DNA of 63,843 bases, filler included, from Asterionella formosa (GCA_002256025.1; 5 parts of 5 records of this genome joined end to end with filler, not necessarily neighbours in it), one strand, 5' to 3'; counted from the first letter of the whole stretch, positions 1 to 12,801 are shown. A program made the numbers and translations. Notes: generated by a model from the sequence alone, not told the origin.

Positions 1-537
1 ATCAATATCTTCGAGTACCTGCCCGGCAATGGTGCGTAGTTGTAGCAATGACATTGCTGGTATGGTCATATAGCGTCACAAGCACTCCGACTAAGTTGGT
101 ATCACCACTGTCATTGTTGTCTGTATCCTCCTTGACACAGCCGGAAATTGAGCCAAGTTTCTGTGCACTAGGAGCAGGACTGATGACGGGCTGAAGACCT
201 GGACGTCCTGGAGGGGCGTAAAAATGAACTTTCCAGCACTGTCCTTTAACGTCGTCATTGCAGGGTTGTTGTGCTGTTGACTTCTTTGTGGCATGCCATC
301 GCCTGTGATGCGAAGCAAGTCAGCTGCCAGCGCTTTGGTCCGATGAGATTGACCCACCAGCAGCATGTGCAAATCATTAGCAGAAATAATTTCCGTTCGG
401 AAAATATTTCTGCTGCCAGTTCCATCATGTTTGCAAGTGTCATGGAGGAGTCAACTAAGATTCGTGTGGCAAAAAAGTATTGGTGGTTTATACGAAGATT
501 ATGTAGGCTAGTAGGGTTTAAGGAGTTATCAAAAAGA

Positions 538-573
538 GGGGGACGAAATATCGATATAGGGGGACGAAATATC
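538..573. repeat. 15-bp direct repeat GGGGGACGAAATATC x2, possibly a subterminal repeat of another TE
   Basis: Copies at 538-552 and 559-573. Confidence 0.6.
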
Positions 574-1045
574 TTTTTCCTAAAAATATAGAGTATAGGA
601 TATGTTTTTCCCCGGTTCCTGGTAGTAAGGAGAAATGGATCAGCTATACACAAGGCATACATGTGTTGAGTTCCTCGTAGCACTTAAAAACTGTAAGCCA
701 CCGTTATTTTACTCTATCTTTCGACTAAAAATATTTATGTAATTCAACGATCAAAACTTGACGCAAGTACAAAGCTTATGTTAGACAATGCTCTCTGCTA
801 TACAATAAAGGAATCATTTTTGATTCAGTGTATATAGCCATGAAGAAATAATTTTTCCAAAGTCACTAAGATTATTTCATAGCGGTGGCTTACAGTGCAT
901 ATTTTTCTATCTGTACATGTATATATTTTCCCCCCAAACCGTGGTTTATTTTTACTCCGTTAATACTACAAAAATTATTTTCTTATTACTTTACGTTTAA
1001 CAGTTTTGCAGGGCAGCATCATCGTTGGAGAATTCTTCTGTTGCA

Positions 1046-2340
1046 TTACATTAATCTCGAACTTCTTTGCATCCAATTACTTGCTTGCGGAGTCTCAAAC
1101 TTCATCACGGAATGGTGGATTGGCAGTAGCAGTTGCTTGTAGAAGGAGAGGGAATAGCAACAGGAGGAGGTGCAGTAACAACAACCACAGCAATAGGAGC
1201 GAGGTGCATGGAGAGGGAATGGCGGCTGCTGGTCACCACGGTGATTGGTGTCGTCGAATCTTGTAATCAGAGCTTGCCTTGTTTGTGGAACCGGCAAATC
1301 ACCTGATCGTCTGTACCAACGCACCATTAATTTCAATTCTGGCACAGACATCTGTTCTTTTGTTTTGTTCTGTTCCTTCAATGTAAGTACTTTTCCGCAA
1401 AGTGTATTGAATTCTTGTTGCCTTTTTGTTTCTTTTGTACTAATGACAATGTCTGAAATTCGCTTCAGTTCCAGTGTAGCAGCAAGAATATTTGGCCCAA
1501 GCAAGGGCAAAGGTTTGTGCAGAGGCCAGTAGTCCTGCTGTTATCCTCTTCTTGTGTCCCTCAATGTGTGAATCCGCTGTCTCCTTTCTCTTTCTAGCTT
1601 GGACCTCCCGGTCGATTCCATTTCGCAATTCTTCCAACAATTGTTCCAGCAAAGCCAGTTTGGAGGTTTAAATCATCAGGAGGGAGAGTGGCACCAGTCT
1701 CTGTAGGCGCATTGATGTTCTGTTGTGGTAGGTTTAGTTGAATCTCAGGGTGAAGCAAGACATTATAGTTCAGGGGATGCCATCCTCGTTCATAAATTGC
1801 TTTCTTGTTTGTGGCAATATTTGCAAAGGAATTGTCCCATGCCGTATTCACCAGTCCAGCAATGTCGACCTTGTTAATTGTAAGCTCTTGCCTGTGATCT
1901 GCTTTTAAGGTGAACATTTGCGTTTTGCTTTTGTGATGTTTATTTTGAAACAACTGTTTTGCTCACTACTGTCTCCAACCTGCCAGTAGCTTTTTCCATA
2001 AGGAACACCAATACAGACTGTCCAATTGTGTACTGGGTTGTTTATGTATTCAAGGAACAAAATGTCAAATCGAGACCCATGTCCATCAAGTATTAGGAAT
2101 GGTGGGGGCCCGTTGTTTCGAGGAAAGATGCCAGAGTCATCCATGTGCTTTAGCATGCCAACCAGAAGCTCTTCAGAGATTGAGCCGTTTTCCGACACAC
2201 AGCAGTATGTAGGCAACTGTTTCCCTTCCACATCACGGACTGGTCCTTGTGGATATCATTTTCCCTTTCCGCTGTTGCCATGTATGTTTTCATCTTCTCC
2301 TTCCCAAGCAGCAAACGGATCTAGGCCAAGCTTCTAGCTC
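1046..2340 (-). pseudogene. DDE_1 (pogo/CENP-B-like) transposase, frameshifted into several ORFs
   Basis: Collinear ORF pieces 2231-1905, 1953-1594, 1652-1440 and 1510-1046. Motifs FLILDGHGSRF, GVPYGKSYWQVGD and AWDNSF...AIYERGWHPLN match the DDE_1 core (LILDGHxSH ... QxxD ... AW ... GxxP). An in-frame stop lies near 2255. Confidence 0.75.
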
Positions 2341-2663
2341 CCTAATCACATTGTTAAGACAAATCTGAACACTGACCAACTCTTCAGGAGAAAATTTCTT
2401 TCGAGGCAAGGCATTGCCTTGTCGAGGCGCTTTCGAGGTCATGATGTCGGTATTCGAGGTCATGATGTTGGTATTGTGATGGGTGATGGGTGATTGTTGT
2501 GTTTGCATTTAATTTTTGTACTCATAAATCGGGCGCGCCAGGAATTCCTATTTGACGTTTTCCATTAGTGAATTTATCTCTTTATTATGGCGCACGAGCG
2601 AAAGCGCAATGACGTCGTAGCCATATTAAATATATTTTAGAGGAGATACTAAATTAGTTTTCT

Positions 2664-2749
2664 AGCGGAGGAATATTATTATAGCTGTATACATATATAA
2701 AAGGTGAGCGGAGGAATATTATTATAGCTGTATACATATATAAAAGGTG
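2664..2749. repeat. ~43-bp tandem duplication inside the pogo-like element
   Basis: AGCGGAGGAATATTATTATAGCTGTATACATATATAAAAGGTG occurs twice in tandem. Confidence 0.85.
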
Positions 2750-4594
2750 ATGCTTGCTCAATCGAGTAAACGTGAAAATATCCAATTTTCGCAATTTCAC
2801 GTCGACAGCAACCTTTGGGCGCCGATAATACCTAATAAACAATGTACACAATGCAACAGTACAAGTACGGAAGTATTTACTCGCTATTTAAATCTGAACA
2901 ACTCGTTCGTGATAATAAATAGCGTATCTTGTAAACTAAGTTCAAACCGTGCGTTTACTCCGTTTAGCGGTGGCTTACAGTTCAAAAGTCGCCGTAGCGG
3001 TGGGTTACAGTTTTTAAGTGGTACGGCGAGAGCAGAGTACCGGTACAGGTTGAAGTCATATGAGATGTACCTGGTTACGTACATAATATATGTACGAAGA
3101 TCTTTAGTATGATTATATTGACCAGTGGAGCTTAATATATAATCTCACATAAGTGGAATAATTCAATTATATACTCTTTGTCCAGCGACATACCGGTAGT
3201 TATGTCGTGATGTTAACAAGCTTCGTTTAATAATTACCCTTACTACCCCCCGGGGTAGGTATTCTAAGAAGTTCACCGTACTTCATAAAGAATACAAAAT
3301 ATGGAAAGGGTATTCTTTGGAATATACCGGTAGTACCAGTAGTCCTTCAACCATCAAAGCAAAATCAGGTAAAGAGTGTTACACGATTAATAATGTTGAA
3401 TCCACGAGGTGGAAACTGTCGTCAGTTGTGCCAAAAAAGACAGCAAAGACCAGAAAACAGTCCACAAGGGAGGAGGCTTTATCGATGTAAACCAGATTAT
3501 TAATAAAGAATGATCATGAGCATAGCACATGTCATTTGTGTGTTGCTTCCTACTTGTCTGGCCACGTAGATTCACCAGTCGATGTGGCATATTTCTTCTT
3601 CCTTCCTTGTACCGGTACTTTCATCCATCCTTTGTCAGGATCTGGTACGCTATCCTCTGCATTGTTCAACAATCACCAAGTGGCTGTCAAGTCCATTCTG
3701 GACTTTGTTCAACAATGAGCACAATGATGCCTTCTTGACTGTTTGATCATGCCTCCTCATCCTGTAAGCTCCTGCATGATGAGTTATTCAAAGCTCATTT
3801 TGATACAATTCCTCCAAGAAGGCAATGAATACAGAGAGTCTCATTGTGAGGAAGTCACTGTTAGTCAGCTGCTACTAGTTTTTTCATCGGTTGCTTGGCT
3901 CTTGAACTAGCAGTGTGGACAAGGACTTGTGCTTCTTCTATGGTCCTTCAGGTGATTTTGGTGCAATGCAAAGTTCATGATTGATGACCCAAACCATTTG
4001 TTGCTTGGGATGGCTATTGAGTATTATTGTTTGATTCAGAGCCATCGTGCCCTTCCACTTACCAGAATTAGAAAGCTGATACAGTGTGATGTTCCTGGTT
4101 TTAAAGATATTTGCTTGAAAAGACACTGAAGCATTGGTTCTTTTTGCCCTAAAATGGTGAAAAAGCATTGGTATTGTTGGTATAGAGGGACATTTGTAGG
4201 AAATACATCATTCGCCCAGACATTTTCAAAGCCTTTAGCTTAAGCCCAACAAAAGTAAAGTATGGCTCCATCAAAATGTCTACAGCCTGTCTGTCTATTT
4301 GCCTTCAGTCATTTTTGTTTTAGTCAGGGGACTAAAGCAATAGTTTGTAGAAGAAATGTAAAATTTTTGATTGTTCCTTCTTTGGCTGCATAAATCGACC
4401 AAAAGTACAAAGGCGAGCTCGTTGATATGACAGAACTCTATACTACAAGCTAGTGTGCGGTAGAAATAGAAGAGTATTTTAAAAACAAATAGGATTAACT
4501 TGAAATTTTATTATATATAGGGTATTTCATTATTTAGTATTGGAAACAAAAGGATATGTTTGGGCCATCATCATCAAGTGTTTTTGAAAAATAA

Positions 4595-5770
4595 CTAATA
4601 GGAAGTTCTTCCTCGGGAGCTGCGCACCCTTCGCTGACTTCCTCGTTGTCCCTTTTTAGCCCTTCCACCAGCACCTCCAGGAGGACTACTTCCACCTGAA
4701 CTGCCTGTGATAACAACTGACATCATACCTTGACTATCCGTGTACGCTACAGGAGCATACGTAGTTGACATCATTCCACCGCCACCTTGACTATCCGTGT
4801 ATGCTACAGGAGCGTACGTAATCGACATCATTCCACCACCCCCTTGCGAAGGAGGAGGATTTATTGTGAAAGAAACAGGATCCGAAGTCCCGGCATTCAC
4901 ATTTGGCGCCGGGACTACAGGAGCTGCAATAGGAGCAGGAATTGGTGCTTCGACAGGTACTTCGGCTGGCGAAGAAGTAACTGGGACTGGAGCAGGAGTA
5001 TCAGGGACTGTTGCCGCAACAGGTGCAGGGGTAAGAGGTACTGGTGCAGGAGTATCAGGGACTGTTGCCGCAACAGGTGCAGGGGTAAGAGGTACTGGTG
5101 CAGGAGTATCAGGGACTGTTGCAGCAACAGGTGCAGGGGTATTAGGGACTGGTGCAGGAGTAACAGGTACTGGAGCAGGAGTAAGAGGTACTGGAGCAGG
5201 GGTAAGAGGAACTGGAGCAGGGGTAAGAGGTACTGGTGCAGGAGTAAGAGGTACTGGTGCAGGAGTATTAGGGACTGGTGCAGGGGTAAGAGGTACTGGT
5301 GCAGGGGTAAGAGGTACTGGTGCAGGAGTAACAGGTACTGGTGCAGGGGTTGGAGGTACTGGTGCAGGGGTTCGAGGAACTGGCGAAGGAGTAACAGGAA
5401 CTGGAGCTGGGGTACGAGGAACTGGCGAAGGAGTAACAGGAACTGGAGCAGGAGTGACAAGAACTGGAGCAGGAGTGACAAGAACTGGAGCAGGGGTTGG
5501 AGGGACAGAAGCAGAAGTATCAACGGCACAGCCACATGTCGTCCCAATAAAGAGTGCAATAGAAGAGCAGTAGATTGCTTCAATGTACCCATTCAAGCCG
5601 GCATATTGGATAACTCCGCAAGTCTGATTCGCCTGGCCAGGAAACTGAACAATGGCGGATGGGATAGTAACGATCATTCCTTCGCCACATGCGTAGCAGG
5701 TTGGATAACCAGGACTTGTTTGCGCCGAAGCGAGCGCAAGAAATAAAGCGGCAAGAGCGAGTTGAAACAT
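4595..5770 (-). CDS. Secreted Pro/Thr-rich mucin/extensin-like protein with an N-terminal Cys-rich domain
   Basis: 391-aa intronless ORF. Signal peptide MFQLALAALFLALASA; 6-Cys domain (CYACG...TCG...YC...CGC); >20 T-P-[AS]-P-V repeats from 21-nt tandem units; Gly/Met-rich duplicated segment; basic Arg/Lys C-terminal tail. Confidence 0.85.
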   Translation of the reverse strand: MFQLALAALFLALASAQTSPGYPTCYACGEGMIVTIPSAIVQFPGQANQTCGVIQYAGLNGYIEAIYCSSIALFIGTTCGCAVDTSASVPPTPAPVLVTPAPVLVTPAPVPVTPSPVPRTPAPVPVTPSPVPRTPAPVPPTPAPVPVTPAPVPLTPAPVPLTPAPVPNTPAPVPLTPAPVPLTPAPVPLTPAPVPLTPAPVPVTPAPVPNTPAPVAATVPDTPAPVPLTPAPVAATVPDTPAPVPLTPAPVAATVPDTPAPVPVTSSPAEVPVEAPIPAPIAAPVVPAPNVNAGTSDPVSFTINPPPSQGGGGMMSITYAPVAYTDSQGGGGMMSTTYAPVAYTDSQGMMSVVITGSSGGSSPPGGAGGRAKKGQRGSQRRVRSSRGRTSY

Positions 5771-5903
5771 ATTGCCGATGATCTAGAGAATTAAGAAACA
5801 GTGAGTGAGTGAGCGGTGCAGTTCTTGGTGAGCAGTTGTCCATGAAGATGAGCGGATTCCTTGGCCTCGTCGCTTTCTTCGATATGGTTGTTAGTATTGT
5901 TTT

Positions 5904-5944
5904 GGTTGAGTTGAGTTGAGTTGAGTTAAGTTGCATTGCATTGC
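5904..5944. repeat. (GTTGA)n / (GCATT)n pentanucleotide microsatellite upstream of the mucin-like gene
   Basis: Direct reading: gttgagttgagttgagttgagttaagttgcattgcattgc. Confidence 0.8.
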
Positions 5945-7905
5945 TATCAGCCGTGCTTGGCTCCCTCGCATTCTCTCGTGCCGTTCGTTAGTCCACTTAC
6001 CTCTCTTGTTGATACCTGTGTGGTCGTCCAATCGCTTGAATTTATGGTATCTTAAGCAACGAGGTGTGCCTGATGGTACCTGGTACCTGGTACTGTTTAG
6101 ATTATCGTAACCAGTAGTAATTTTAAAGTGATTGCTTACCGGTATATTGTTTTACTTATCGACCATAAATTCGTTGCACATTCAATATAAATGATACAGT
6201 AACAATCACATCCAACTCCGCCAACCGAACCAACGGCACTATTTAGTCTTGTTTCTGGGTCATTGTATGTTTGCCTTTTGATTGTTAGAATGCCACATGT
6301 AGATAACCATATAACACATGGTCAGATCGTGCTATTGAAGTTAAATAGGATCCGTACTTTCATGCCTGTCACATGTTGTCCGCCTCGCGATAAATCCCTT
6401 AGGTAACGCTCATCCGCCGCTAGATGTAATTTATTGAAAGGGCAGTCCACTTCAAGTATCGCTTAGAAGCTTTGAATCGTGAATTATTTCGAAATGTGTC
6501 ACAGGATCGGTTCTATTCCCTTCTCCCTGAAATGGTGTTGGCTCCCTCTTGTTGAAATCAAGTGTTTCGTGTACAGTACGCAACGGTATGGATAATGGCA
6601 AGTAGAGTACCGGTACCCTGGTACGAGGTACCAGGTACCTAGTACCTGACATCCACTAAATATCATACTGCGAGTATATACCGGGTATATTAGTTAACAT
6701 GCAGCACTCGAAATCGGTGATCATGATTCAAATCAATTCATTCGATTCAAACCAAGATATACACACACAGTTCAAGATCCCTCCACGAAGAAAAGTTTCT
6801 TCGTATGTATGATGACAAAATGCAAAACGACCATACATCATCCTCTAGAAATAGGTCTACCGGAGGTCTACATTTAAGAGTATGTGTGGCACATGCTGTC
6901 CAAACTTGTGGATTTTTACTCTAGCTATAATCACGCATAATATGAACACATTTAATTTTAGACTACCGGGAGTACTCCGAGTACCAGGTACTTGTAGTCT
7001 AGTAGCTATGACATGATGGACGACTCCGACAGAAGAATAATAATTAGAACAGCAGGGTCACTCTTCCAGGATCCAGTTTGCCATCAAATTCTTGGCACTT
7101 GAGGTTGGCTGGTGCCTTCTTTTGTCAATATTGCTGATTCAAGGCAATGAAAGATAGTCTAGGACAATATGCACTGTGTCTATGTAATACCCTAACTTCT
7201 TGGAGGATTAGCGGCACCTTGCTATTATAAATGATTCTATTAGTATCAATGTATCCAATACATGGCTGCATGTGATTGTGGTTCTTGATTCCAATATCTG
7301 GCAGGAGTGTGCACAAATTCGAGTTGGAATGGCAGAGAAACAAAGTCATCAAGAAGATTTCTGGAACAACAGGTCCTCCTGGTTGTCAATTCCATGTATT
7401 TTACATGCATATACATACAACATTGCAACGCTAGGCTCATCCTTCAAGTGCATAACTAAATTACAGGCATTTGTTCTCAGTATGTAGTACAGTACTAGTA
7501 GCTAGTTATGAATGTGGGCTTTACTAGGAAATTTGTATTCAGGAGTGTTGCACCACTTGCTGCAACAACTGTTTGGTGGAAGATAATAAATAGTCAAGGG
7601 AGTCAATGATGGGGCAAGCAAATAAGGCAGGATGGGGGGGGGTCACAGCAGTGGTTGTTATCCCACACCTCGATCGACGCACTGTGATTGGACAAATATG
7701 GAGCGAACTCTCGCGCCAAATAATCTTCGTCGTATTCTTTTTACATACTCAATTTATTATATGGATACCGGTACCAGGTACCTGGTACTGTGGTTGAGCC
7801 AACATGATGAGTATAATCATGGTCCAAAATCATCAAGCTTGCTTCCGTGATGAAAACCAGACCAATCGCTGATCTCAATTCACAATTCCATGAACAACAA
7901 GCAAA

Positions 7906-9328
7906 ATGGGTATCAAAGGCCTCGCTAAGCTCTTGAGCGATGAAGCCCCTGACGTAAGTTACAAATCAAATAAATAAAGGCGCAATTGAATATAGTTTTT
8001 ACATGATATGGTATTTGTTGTTTTGGACTCGCCATTTCTATCCTCGTTACTTCTACTTACCTAATATCATATGGCCTTGTATTCACACATTACAGTGTGT
8101 GCGGGAGGTCCCCCTGTCATCTCTCCACGGTCGCAAGATTGCTATTGACGCATCCATGGCAATATATCAATTTCTAATTGCTGTTCGTTCTCAAAACGGC
8201 GCTGGCGGAACTGCTGTCATGCTGACCAATGCAGAAGGAGAAACCACATCTCACATTCAAGGCCTCTTCAACCGAACTATTCGATTCCTTACCGAGGGTA
8301 TTCGACCTGTTTATGTCTTTGACGGAAAGCCTCCTCAGATTAAGTCAGGAGAACTACTCAAGCGACGCGAAAAGAGAGAAAAAGCCCAGGCCGCTCTCAA
8401 GACAGCGCAAGAAGACGGAAACATAGAAGAGCAAGACAAGCACAGCAAGCGATTGGTCCGAGCAGGACAGAAGGAAAATGACGATTGCAAAAAACTACTG
8501 GAGCTAATGGGAATTCCTACCCTGACTGCGCCCTGTGAAGCGGAAGCACAAGCGTCGCATTTGGCCAAAACAGGCAAGGTGTATGCGACTGCTACTGAGG
8601 ATATGGATGCTCTGACCTTTCAAACACCTGTGTTGCTACGCAAAATGACGTTCGCGAACAACAGCAAAGCCATGATTCAGACGATGAATTACGAAAAAGC
8701 CATTTCTGGCTTGGGTTTGAATCATGATGAATTTGTCGACTTGTGCATTTTGTTGGGGTGTGACTATTGTGATACCATAAAAGGGATCGGACCTAAGACG
8801 GCCTTGAAGTTGGTTAGAGAATTCAAGTCGATTGAAAATATTTTGGCAAATATTGATCGGGAAAAATTTGCTGTTCCGGAGGAATGGGTGCCGAACGAAC
8901 CCAGGAAAAAAGCAAAGGTGGACTACAATACCGATGACGACGAAAAAGAAAACGACGAGCAGAAAGAAACCGACGACGACGATGAGGTCGAACCCATTTA
9001 TGTTTCCGCCCGTCGCCTCTTCAAGCAACATGAAGTTACGACGGATGTGGAACTCAAATGGAAGGATTGCCAGGTGGAGGAACTCACAAAATTCTTGGTC
9101 GATGAAATGGGCTTCAACGTTGAACGTGTCAAGTCCAACATTGACAAGTTGCAAAAGGCTTTTAAGGGCATGTCGAAACCTCAGGCCAGAATGGACTCGT
9201 TCTTCACGGTCAAATCAAATCCAAATCCCAACGCGAAGAAAATCGCAGACAAGAAGAAAGCTGCTATCATTAAGGAGAAGGAAGAGAAAAAGAAAAGGGG
9301 AGGACATTTTGGAAAGCGCAAGCATTAA
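7906..9328 (+). CDS. FEN1: Flap endonuclease 1 (2 exons: 7906-7953, 8096-9328)
   Basis: Exon 1 encodes MGIKGLAKLLSDEAPD; GT-AG intron 7954-8095. Motifs GRKIAIDASMAIYQF, TSHIQG, YVFDGKPP, APCEAEAQ, TEDMDAL, LLGCDY, GIGPKTALKL and C-terminal PIP box QARMDSFF. Confidence 0.97.
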
Positions 9329-9554
9329 AATATTGTGTTACAGTCCGCCGCCATTGTCTGCGTGAAAGAGAAGGTCTCGGAAATTGGGTCGTTGTTATTA
9401 CGAAAGGGAGAACATATATAGTGATACCCATTACTTCACGAAGTTATTACATATGTTGAGAGTGTTAATTCAACAAGCGGTTTCGCTGGCTTTAGTTGGG
9501 CAATAATATATTCAGCTTTTCATGAATTCCTGCAGCATTTCAAAAAGGATTCAT

Positions 9555-10998
9555 TCATGATGCCGGGTTGTAAACAATCGTAAAAGTACCCATAGAAAAC
9601 TGTTTAAAGTACCCGCCTACAATCCAATCACCTGCGAACCAATGTACAAATGGCAAGACGACCAAAACATTCAAAGTTGAAACAACAATCCTAGGTAGAT
9701 TCTTGGCCATCCACATGACAGGAGGCAAATGCCCAATTGGTTTTTCCAACAGCATAGTCAGACCACACCACAAGAAAAACATAGTTACCTTCAAACGAAG
9801 GTGGTCAAAGCAATCAATACAGTTTCCATAACTATCATAATCATGTACCGATTTGAAAAAAAGAATCGTCCAGCAAAGGTCGTGGAGCAAGCCAGATGCC
9901 AGGAAGCTCACTAGAATAGCCACAACTTTTGAGTATCCCAAGACTAACGCAGGTTTGTACGCACCTCGTTTCAAGGTATGATGAACTACCATGTTCCACC
10001 TGTATCCCCAAAAGTCAGAGGGTGATCGAGATGTGAAGAGAGGGTTCCGAAAAGTGGTGGCTGTCTTGTAGCCTTGTAGTTGGTTGCCCAAGGCTCCAAC
10101 ATTAAATGCAAGGCTCAGAACAAAAAACAACGTAACTGGAACAAACGACGAAGCGCAATTAAAGAGACAATATTTTCAAAGATGGGTATCATTCTATTGT
10201 GTACTTACTCGCATAAATGTAGTTATTCATCAATTGTCCTGGCTTTAGCAAGTCCAAACTCAAATGGTAGTCCTCCAATACTACATCGGAGGGAAACGGT
10301 TTATAATCAAATTGAAAGAGCGTCGACAACAGTGGAGACAATATTAGCATTTGAATAGTAATCTTCCAAAGATGCTGTAGAAGCTCCCTGGATGTAATCT
10401 TGATTCTTTCTCTACTCTTTTCATCCCACATAAAATCAACAACACTTGAATAGTAAATCAAATAGTTGGTTAGGGAGTCCTCTACGCAAACGGGTGATGT
10501 CCCATGCATGGCTTCAATACAGCGGAAGGTGACGTTGCAGGGCAGGGTTGTCAGGGACATGCGAAGAGCTCGATTGGTTAGTCCGAGATAGTTGATTAAT
10601 GGATGGGGCAGTTGCACTACCGATGGAATGATCACACCATAGCCAAGGAAAAATATCCATTGGGCGCCTCTATTTTTGATGATGACGGAATAAATAATGA
10701 CCGCGTAGATGCTAAGGAATGCAACTTGGATGATTAGGAGCTAAGTTGGATAGAATTGAAGGCAAAAGGGTGCAGCGATGAGGAACATGATTTAGAATGT
10801 GTCTGTCCAATACGCAATATGCTGACATCAAACGCTTACATAAGCCAACTGATACCAAAAAAGCATTCGAGGGGAATAGAAATCAAAACTGCCATCAAAC
10901 CCAGGAATCGATAAGCCTTTGATGAAGGGATCGCGATCGTCTATGACGAGTTTCTCATCAAAGAGCGAAGGTACATAGTTCATCAGGGCGCCTTGCAT
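9555..10998 (-). CDS. MBOAT family / wax-synthase-like membrane-bound O-acyltransferase (3 exons: 10998-10840, 10740-10209, 10135-9555)
   Basis: Two GT-AG introns keep the frame. Multiple TM segments. Motifs FRNPLFTSRSPSDFWGYRWN and SFLASGLLHD (catalytic His) are typical of MBOAT_2/wax synthase. Confidence 0.88.
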
Positions 10999-12701
10999 GG
11001 TGACAGTGTTTTGACAAGAAGGTTCTTACATTTGATTTGAGTAAAAAATAGCTACGGGTAATAAAGGTTCATTTTCTATGCTATGAATATTTATCAGACA
11101 TCACATAGACTACCTGGTACCAGGTATCCGTAACATAGAGTTGACCTGACATGTTCGACACACTCTTGTGGCAAAAAATCGTGTGCCCTCCATTTTCTTC
11201 AAAACGGCAATTTAAAGTCCGGAATCGATAGCTGACCCTTCGTGCAATCTAAAACTCCTTATTCACACCCTGAATTTTTGGTCAAACTGATACCTAAAAA
11301 ATGGTCGGGTCAAAATGTACACACGAGTACGACTTCTACCTCGGGCGGACCACACCCATCCAAACCTAATACAGAAAGTACTGATAGTAGTACGTTGCAT
11401 GGCGGAGCAGATGACAAAAAATATTGTAACTATACATAGTATGCACACAACATGTAAATTACGACTAAGTATCACTTCATTTCAACCTCAACCAAATGAT
11501 AGAATGTAGATGAAATTAATAGCTAGCTATGAGGAGTGTCAGTACTACTTGTTCTGTTGAAAATTGTTGACAACATTCAGCAATTGTGGCCTGGCTGATT
11601 CATCGGTTGACTGCTTGAACCAAATTATTTCCTTTGTTCATTTCAATAACTACTAGTAGCAATTCATTAGCATCAAAATTTCAAAATCAGAGTTTCGATG
11701 TTAACATTGTAATATTTAGTAGTAGATTTATCCATACTGCTAGCTAGTTTGAATAATCTTGCACATTGTGAGTTTAGCTTCATGCACTCCTTGCATCACT
11801 GATGAAGCCTCAATGAGAGGCTTATGGAGCGAGTTCAATCATCTCTTAAATCCATCAAAGAATCATGTTATTTGTGTGAATTTTAAACTAACCGACCTGC
11901 TTTATCAGCTTGCAACAAATGGTGGACCCTCAGTGACAAATTTGCATGACATGGTGATAGAGAATCCAGAAAGCTTGATTCAATTCAACAATCAAAAATG
12001 CGCCAGAGTTTAAAAACTTGAAATCGGAGAATAATAGACAAACAAGTTCGAGGGTTTTTTTAGCAATAAGAACAGGGTGGTTAATCGATGATAGCGGGCA
12101 ATCAATTGGGCTTGCATTGGCGACGAAAACGAAGAAGTATGTCTCTATACTAGTAGGCATGGATGGTTAACAGAATAAATCAGATGACTACATAATCAAA
12201 CGAACATTTTCATGGCTGTCATGATATCTAGTCATCAACATTCTATTTTAAAATCACATCCACAAATGCAACGACCTGTTAGAATTGTGGTCGCATTACC
12301 AACATGCAACTATCACAAGATACTACAACCCAAAGTTCACCTGCAATTTTGCTGCATACTAGTAGCTAGTATTTCAGAGATTGACGACACAGCATGGACT
12401 TCGGTTGATTGCTGCGATAATCGATTGTCGCCTTATACAAATGAGCACATCCGTAGCTAGCAATGACAAAGGTGAGCCGTGGCAAACTGTAGACCGATCA
12501 TATGATTTCGCAATATTTAATGACAAGGACAAAGAAAAGTTCATGCCGACAAGATTCTACAACACACCGGTACGTACTTACATGTATGTATGCGCATCCA
12601 TCAGGTACCAGGTACCTGGTACCTCGTACCGGTATTGGTACTTCATAATATCATAGTAAGTCATAAATACCATCCAGTATAATTCTCTATTTATTTACGG
12701 G

Positions 12702-12801
12702 NNNNNNNNNNNNNNNNNNNNNNNNNNNNNNNNNNNNNNNNNNNNTTAATTAATTAANNNNNNNNNNNNNNNNNNNNNNNNNNNNNNNNNNNNNNNNNNN
12801 N
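12702..12801. other. Artificial scaffold-joining spacer N44-TTAATTAATTAA-N44
   Basis: 100 nt, with stop codons in all six frames; identical to the three other spacers. Confidence 0.97.

Larger units (their letters stand above)
676..3025 (-). mobile_element. pogo/Tc1-mariner superfamily (DDE_1-type) DNA transposon, degenerate, with ~31-bp terminal inverted repeats
   Basis: Left end 676-706 (CGTAGCACTTAAAAACTGTAAGCCACCGTTA) is the near-perfect reverse complement of right end 2995-3025 (TAGCGGTGGGTTACAGTTTTTAAGTGGTACG). The repeats enclose transposase fragments. No clean TA target duplication is visible. Confidence 0.8.

Noticed and set aside
4787..5746. Long ORFs on other frames and strands over the mucin-like gene (RYWCR, GTGAGV and LLLQ repeats)
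   Set aside because: These are shadow frames of a stop-poor 21-nt tandem repeat. Only the 4595-5770 frame has a signal peptide and a coherent domain structure.
8003..8095. ORF-track N-terminus of FEN1 (MIWYLLFW...)
   Set aside because: It is intron sequence. The true conserved start MGIKGL is in the upstream exon at 7906.
12746..12757. TTAATTAATTAA motif recurring every ~12.8 kb
   Set aside because: It is an artificial six-frame-stop linker within N spacers, not biological periodicity.
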